Of a DNA stretch of 38,887 nucleotides, positions 31,301 through 38,887 are shown one piece after another. Every line of letters starts with the position of its first letter. Position 1 is the first letter of the stretch. The notes beneath the pieces were generated by a model that saw nothing but the letters and a program-made list of their open reading frames with translations, was not told the origin of the DNA and ran no database searches. Position numbers and translations under genes: made by a program. The stretch comes from Sphaeroforma arctica JP610 (taxonomy: Eukaryota): NCBI RefSeq assembly GCF_001186125.1, contig NW_014040538.1, positions 1 to 38,887 of the forward strand, given 5' to 3'.

Positions 31301-34300
31301 ACATGACATGCAAAGGAAGCGACACTCATCATGGCGCCAGTACACGGATACTAAACAACGTAGACCTGAGGACGAATTCTGCAAAAAAATAATTAAAACA
31401 TGTCCAACGTACTTGCTATAATATTTAAAGCCTTAATGTTTTTGCTTTTTACCATGCACGTCCATATCATCGTTACAAGCGTCACAGATACCCCAAGAAT
31501 GAATGGAAATAAAGAAACCAACATTTAGCAGATGACTTGTGGAATTGGTCGCTACCTTTCCACACCTATTGTGTACAATATCTATTTCAGCGGCCTATTT
31601 AGTAGTGCAAAGAACATACCGTTGCGAGTCCTTGGAATCCTTCCACGCATCATACACTGCAATGTACGCCCCGGGGAGGTATATGGCGCCAGACGGCGTC
31701 CGATCATTCTTCTTCTCAAAGTAGTATAGAAACTGACGCGTGACCTTGTACCACCGCTTCTTATACGGCTTCACTGGGTGCGTAGTTGCCTGGTATGCGA
31801 GGTTTCACAATCAGTCATTCCAAATGTATATTACCGAAAAATATTGTAACCGCAAGGCGGTCGATTCTACTCAGATCCGTAGGAAAAAGTATATCCTCGT
31901 TTTTAAAATTGTGCTGAATGACTGTTCAATTTTACTACGTGGATTCGAATCTGGTTTGGACACAAAGATACTGAAGATGCTAAAAGATTTCAAATACACA
32001 GTTTTTTGGACGAATACGTTTGATTGTAAGTTGTGTGTACTGTTGCCAGCATGCAATGTCGAACATAGGCTGATGTGCGTATCTTAGCCGTGGAGCATTG
32101 CTTTTCTCATACGAATTGCACGCGTGTTCTGGTCCGCTACGGATAGGGGTATTTTCCCACAAAACTCTATTTCTATTTCTCGAAATAAAAGAATTCTAGA
32201 TTAAACACCCACGGAATTTTGTGTATCCGGAAATACGTATAAAAAAATGAATTATAGGCAAACCCGTGCCGACACAGAACGACATCAAAATATAACACAT
32301 ACTTTGTATAGGTATCCTGCCTTCACCTCTCTATCCACAGGCATTTTCCTTCCCAAAAATCTGTGCTTGGAGAAGCATTCGGCACTAAAAATGGAATCCA
32401 GAACAGATTCGTTGTTGGCAAGCCAATTCTTGAACTCTTTGTGATTTAGTTTGCCAGTCCTGGACACGTCACATTTCGCGAACGCCTGTGGTTGATACAC
32501 GGAACGAGAGTCGTGAATCTAAAGTCTTCGTACAAGTGTGTGACAGCTTTAGCTATGGCATTTACCACCCATCAAATTGTAAGATTAACAAGACGCCACA
32601 TAAAATACACCTTGCTGCGTTGAACACATTCAATCGATAGGCATTGTGTATATAAACGCCGTACTGGGTAGACCATGTGTAGTAGAGTCTAGAATTGCTA
32701 ATGTGCCACACGTGACAATGGACCACACGGCTCGCATCAAACGACGATGAGATACGGAGCTATATGTGGAACAAAGCCTATGAGTTTCATATGGATGGAG
32801 GACGTGTGACCATGCGTTTGGTGCGGCGCTGGTGTCGCATCATGATATGATTCTTGCTCACTGAATGACGGCGACCAAATCATTCAATGGTCGTAAAATG
32901 AAGAGATCAGCTGGTAAGTATAAATTTATGCACGTACTGGATGCGACATCTACATAATAAACCCTGTACTAGTGTTTATATACTACGTATTTGTCTCGCA
33001 AGCGGCTATATAAGTGGATATGTGTTCAAAACTGCATTCTTTCTCTGCATTCTTTCTTTGAGCTACTAAGATGAAGTATTTGCTATACTCTTACATATGT
33101 ACATGTGTTCGATTCGCTAGCAAACCAACCTGATCAACCATCTCCTTGACCAGCTCACCAACTGTGGTGAGATTCTCTAGGCCCTTCTGCGATGCGCTGA
33201 TGGTCACATTTCCTCCACTCCCTTTCACGCGCATGTTAGCTCTCCGTGTCATCAGAGGCGAGGATATATCCGACCTTTGAGTTGCACACAGATTTAGACG
33301 CCAGATGGATGATATATGTATGTGAGATGAATTCCATCGAAATTAATGACTGTGTGTAAACAAAATTGGTCACATATTCTTAGCTCTTATGACGATCCGA
33401 TAAGGGGTACGAGACATTGCACTAACGATTGCTTCAGCGAGAACTTCCATCCACGCTACATCTGGTACGCGCAGAAATATAGACCTATGTACGGCTTGAG
33501 CAAACCAATCCATGCAGGTGTACACCAGTATATTCATTGATGACACCCCTAATTTGTACACAATCATGCACAAATCGTATGCACAAATGAATATAAGTGA
33601 TACGTACAGACCCGAATAGCGACAGTCACAAGCGCAATACAGAGGTGGAAGCTAACTGAGAATCATCCTAAGAGATACACGTACAAGCAACATAGTACAA
33701 TGATTTTACACAAGTACATAATGCACTTACGCGCGTGTGTGTGACTACACGCTTGGATTTGTAGATGATACTTACCTCTGTACCTCGGTTAGATTCTTCA
33801 CGGAAACGACTGAGCCCTTTTCGGATCCAACGGTGCCATTCCCTACCTGCATTGGCACGGCTATGTGTTCGTAGATGAAAGTTCTAGTTATTGGCTTATA
33901 CCTCACGCAGTTCATGTGTACACAACACGCACAACGGAATGCAAACTCAAGTGGCTAGCTAAGTATTATACAGATAGCTGAACGTACACGTAAGGTCTCA
34001 TATGTACAGCTGCTTGGAAATAATCGCATTCCACGTAAGTGTATACTCATATATCTCGGGGGGTATAAGTGGATGTAGGTGCGCGTGCTAAATGCAAACA
34101 TACGCGTACATTCGCAAACCCAATAAACATTTACTCACAATCACTCACAAATACACTTAAGTACAACCACAAATACAAAAAATAATCACTCACAAATACA
34201 TATACGTGCAATCACGAATACATAAATATAATCACTCACAATTAAAAACACATACACTCACAAATACATACATATAATCACTCACAAATACACGAACATG

Positions 34301-35350
34301 CAATCACAAATACATAAATATAATCACTCACAAATAAAAACACATACACTCACAAATACATACATATAATCACTCACAAATACACGTACTTGCAATCACA
34401 AATACATCAATATAATCACTCACAAATAAGAACACATACACTCACAAATACAAATAATCACTCACAAATACACATACGTGCTATCACAAATACAAAAATA
34501 TAATCACTCACAAATACGAACACATACACTTACAGATACATACATATAATCACTCACAAATACACGTAAATGCAAGCAGAAATACATAAAGATCCACTCG
34601 AATTCGGGTGCTACGTAGCATTAATTTTCGTGACCAACATCAAACGTGCACTTACATGAGGGCATGCTGATTTCGTGACTGATACTGCGGTGTTTCAAAC
34701 TCAAATCCGTCGCAAACTCTGAATTGTCCACCGCAAATTCAGCTGATCCTGACGACGCTATGCTACCAGATACCGTCAAGCTATTCTTCTTCGCTCCGGG
34801 TTTCGCTTTCGGAGATATTCCATTGCTCGGTGCACTCGAGGATACTGACGAAACAGTACGTCCTGTTTGTTAGTATCATGTCGGTTTTCCATGGAAATGT
34901 GTGTGTATATAAATATGAGCATTTTAGTGATATCGTACATGACACGTGAGAATATGTGTTCATGTTCCAAGACTGGGAAGCACAATTGGTACTTCTAGAT
35001 GAACGTGCATCTTGTGTGCGGGAGTATTTCGATATGTATGTGCCTGGATGTGCCCTTGCCTATGTTTTCGGACGTAAGTTTGCCAAAAAAAAATTGCATC
35101 GACCTCTATGAGTGTGATATATGTGTTCAGATTGAATCTGATTTGTAAATACATACGTATACGTTAAAATATTCAATATAGTAAATGCCTGACAAACGAC
35201 GCATACATATGCATATATATATTAATATATAAATATAGATATAGTGTATATATATATATATAAAATATATATATTTATATATAAATATAGATATAGTATA
35301 TATATATATATAAATATAGATATAGATATAGATATAGATATAGATATAGA

Positions 35351-35437
<87 letters not shown>

Positions 35438-38400
35438 GTATATATATATATGTATATAGTATTTATACATACATGAAAATCTTCAAACTTGTATAATTTT
35501 ATGTTAATATCAAAAGTAGAAATGAAGCGTTTGTGTTTCTTTTCAACCAAAAAAAGAAAAAAATCTGTATACATATATATGTACATAACACTGTCTAGTG
35601 ATCTGTATGTGTTGATTGTTTACGGATACAATCATAGAACAAGAGGCTAATCAAATGGCACATAGGCACATTACACTCTTAGTCGCGACACCGCATATAA
35701 CACCTGGCATTTCAATCGTAAATCTTAGTATCTTAGCAAAATAACAAACAGCCACATACCGTGAAATACGAGACCCTCGCTTAGACTAGAAATCATACTC
35801 AGTAGAATACAATACCAAATAAAAACAAACAAAAGAACACGGCTTGTCACTCGGTTTATATACACGAACTCCTGCTTGCAGGTCGACACGTATATGCGTG
35901 CTATATATGTGTACAACATACCAGTAATGTCCACAGGCACTGACGGCCCGTGAGTCGTCGAATCGCGCTGCGAGATTCCAGGACTAACCGCTTGGTTCAT
36001 CTTGTGCTCAAAACTTTTCGATGATTCCATATCTGTGGTGGTGGCCAAAATATCGACCATTGGAGCTCTGGTCGGCGATGAAGTCGAACCTACGAAGATA
36101 TAGGGCCATAGAGTGGTCGGTTGAGGTACGAGCATATCACCATGCAGATGCAAGCGACATAAAGAACACCTGTTCGTGAGAAACATGTATATACACTTAT
36201 AATCCATTGATGTACAGAGACGACTATGGACATCGTAATTTTACTGTCAAAGTCAGCTTATCGACAAACAACCAACAAAAGCTTTATAGTTGCATGGGTA
36301 TGTCCGTTGGAATCGGATTGGCGAAGTAGTGTTGATGGATGATATGCAAGAAGCGCTGCGTTTGAAAAGACAAAATTCAATTTATTTTCCACTGAAGTAT
36401 GTGATACTGTTGTGTCTGAAGCGAAAAGAAGAAAAATGCGAGTAATTTGCGAATAGATTCTATGCACTGTTCGACGAACAACAGCTCCTGAATGTTATGT
36501 GCGCTCAGTAACAAACTCGCGTAACTACAGCTGTAGCTGTAAAAGAATACTGCAAATAAATGAACGTAACAGTGCCAGTGTGTGATAAAACCAAATTGCC
36601 ATGAACAAAACCATGACATTTGTGAGTATCACACATGCAACACATCACAGCCGCATTCGGTACACTTCGTCTTTGTCGATGTGAATGTTTCTTACATTCA
36701 ACAGAGATATTCGACTGCTGTCGTCGCAGCGGTTTTCCAAAGAGCGGAGAGCCAACGGTAATATTTGACATCTGCCGGCTGACCATCGGACCTGCACCAC
36801 AGCCATTTAAACAAAAATGAATTCTAATCTGATATTGTGAATACCTACACGTGGTTTAAAAACTCGCCTGTGGTCTCACATAAATATACAAAGCTATTAT
36901 TCTGCCGTTGAATGTCGAAATTTGTGATTTGGAATCATAATGTGAATACGTGTGGCGTTTGTGCTGGCGACGCATTGCTTGTGTGGAGATAAACTCAGAA
37001 CCATCTGGAGTGGTATTTTCTGAATACACTTCCAGCACATTGGACTGTCTACCAAAAGGGTTTTAGGGTTTTACATTGCAGCGACATATTTAATACAGTA
37101 AAGCATCATCGCATGCAAGCCTGATCGCATACGCATAGTATCATGGTAAGAGTGAAGAAAGGGTATAGACGCTAACCAAAAGATGTGCGGGCGCAGACTT
37201 GTATCCGTCCAAACATACACTAATTAGTCGAGAATCCAAATGTACGAGTTTAAGACGAAATATCAACTTGCAAATACTCACACATGCGACATGCATACGC
37301 GAGTACAAACTTACGTACCCATAGACTTCTGCTTTGAGATGAAAGAGTTCGTGACATCCTTTCCCGAATTATCAGCCACACTACCGTTGATACTAGCATC
37401 AACGCTATTGCTTGGACTGCCGTCGATGGCTGCAACCACCTCTGCAGCCGAGTGCATGACTGAGTTGAGCATGGTGTTCAGTTCCTCTCTGCTGACGCCT
37501 TCGTCGGCATCCAGGTTGAACATTGTGTAGATGAAATCAGCCTTCTCCTCGGGAGTCCCAGCCAGCACCACAGCAACACCCTGCGATAATTTAGAATGAA
37601 AATTTTACATATTAGTAACAGCTATGGGAGCATATTGCAGGCAATACGTATATGACTGCGTTGTAATGTTGTTGCGGGTGGCAATGCATATGACAATGGT
37701 ATAAACCCGCCACCGATGAGGTAATATGGAACGGAGAAGTCTACGTCTTTCAGAATACATGGCATACGATGGCAACAATAGCACATTGAAAGGTGAAATA
37801 GCATGAGAGCCATTCGAATAGTACCCGACAGCCCGATAACTAAGCTGATTTCCAAGATCGAGTGTGGTGAAAGAGAGCTTAACAAATGCGCTGTGGAATC
37901 GACATCTAGTGACAATTCGTACACATGCAACATCTTGTTAATAGGACAATGCAAGAAGCAACATAGAGTGTAGGCCCAAACAAAATATTTCTCTAGCGTA
38001 CCGCACACATCCAAGTAAACTTTATAAAGCGTGGAAGTTGTCGAATCTTTTAGATGGTACCTAGCTAACTCTATCCCTAATTGTTGTCAACATCATAACG
38101 CTGCACATAAATTGGCATAGATTAAAAAGACATGATATTTTCAGTTAACTTCCAAGTAGGAGGATGAACACAATTTTGCAAGATATTAAGGAAAGAAGAT
38201 AGACCAAATCCAAATACTTGAATGAGTAAAAAATGACGTGATGACGAATCACATTCAATCGTCGATACGGAACACACTCGCCTTACCAGGTCTGATCCGA
38301 CATATACGAGGTTTCAGGTAGAGATCAGCTGGTCACGCGAGTGTCTAACAGCACATTGACTACCTTATGACACACTCGCCAATTATTTGTATTTGATTTT

Positions 38401-38589
38401 CAATCTGGTGTTTGCGTAAAGAAATGTAAAGCAAGTGAGGAAGGCAAACACAAAATGAGATGATAAGCTTTCGAGGCCAAGATGCTTACCGTTAGAAATT
38501 CGTCAATGTCTATCACTCCATTTTTCTTGCTGTCGAAGGCCACGAAGAGACGCTCAGCCAGCATGCCATGCAGAGGAAAGTAAGCCAGA
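22857..38589 (-). CDS. EF-hand + PH domain + CAMK-group Ser/Thr kinase (CDPK7-like architecture), 5'-partial, ~836 aa visible; exons 38589-38490, 37580-37319, 36791-36696, 36089-35922, 34844-34656, 33860-33776, 33274-33130, 32485-32303, 31789-31620, 30782-30681, 30096-29982, 29068-28910, 27279-27175, 26283-26176, 25532-25402, 24550-24455, 23690-23603, 23066-22857
   Basis: EF loops: [45 protein letters not shown]...YKKRWYKV...FLYYFEK...PSGAIYL...YGFSV...IWVDTI. Kinase: [67 protein letters not shown]. All introns are GT-AG with compatible phases; the linker exons are less certain than the domain exons. Confidence 0.9.
23131..23553. repeat. Compound (TA)n/(TACA)n/(TGCA)n/(TG)n microsatellite
   Basis: Direct reading; lies in the last kinase intron. 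Confidence 0.95.
27329..27543. repeat. Compound (TA)n/(TACA)n/(TGCA)n microsatellite running into the gap
   Basis: Direct reading. Confidence 0.92.
27544..28393. other. Assembly gap (850 N) within a kinase intron
   Basis: Run of N. The flanking exons join in frame ([12 protein letters not shown]), so no exon needs to lie in the gap. Confidence 0.98.
34133..34590. repeat. Minisatellite with higher-order (~100-bp) structure built from CACTCACAAATACA submotifs
   Basis: ATAATCACTCACAAATA recurs about 8 times with alternating spacer types. Confidence 0.85.
35203..35472. repeat. (TA)n/(ATATAG)n/(TG)n microsatellite
   Basis: Direct reading. Confidence 0.95.
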
Positions 38590-38825
38590 CTGTAGTGGAG
38601 CAAAAGCAACGAATGATATGAAGATGCCAAAGTCGATTATTTGAATTTTAGAACCAAGAGCTAGCCATGCACAGAGTCGAGTACAACGATCTTCGTATAC
38701 TTCAGATTATATACATATTGCTGAACACGATCAGTCATTGCACTGGATTTACCGAGCCACAATTTAAAGAAATTCATAGACAATCGTACAAGAATAAAAA
38801 AATTGTATAATTCTGTACAGCTCAC

Positions 38826-38828
<3 letters not shown>

Positions 38829-38887
<59 letters not shown>
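38829..38887. repeat. (TA)n(TG)n microsatellite at the window end
   Basis: Direct reading. Confidence 0.95.

Noticed and set aside
32902..38333. Shared 14-mers around AGAGATCAGC at 24562, 32902 and 38316-38333
   Set aside because: A few 14-nt matches are expected by chance in 39 kb, and the similarity does not extend.

Overview
Intron-rich eukaryotic genomic DNA with GT-AG introns, (TA)n/(TACA)n microsatellites and an 850-N assembly gap. It is probably from a unicellular eukaryote; the style resembles ichthyosporean holozoans such as Sphaeroforma, which is inference only. Manual splicing gives four multi-exon genes with consistent intron phases. (1) The 3' part of a class-B bHLH-zipper transcription factor (+, 239-4016). 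(2) A complete Old Yellow Enzyme-family NADH:flavin oxidoreductase (-, 10560-5142). (3) A 390-aa protein (+, 13856-20640) whose N-terminus matches my recollection of the p1 (AMTP1) subunit of the MTA1/AMT1 DNA N6-adenine methyltransferase complex and whose C-terminus is a PHD finger. (4) A 5'-truncated EF-hand + PH + CAMK-type kinase with CDPK7-like architecture (-, 38589-22857). The divergent spacer between genes 2 and 3 holds a deleted IS630/Tc1/mariner-type transposon relic and a 1.3-kb field of micro-duplications and palindromes. The top candidate for a new system is the p1-PHD fusion, a possible physical link from H3K4me3 reading to 6mA writing. Most ORFs in the supplied track are spurious intronic or microsatellite ORFs.
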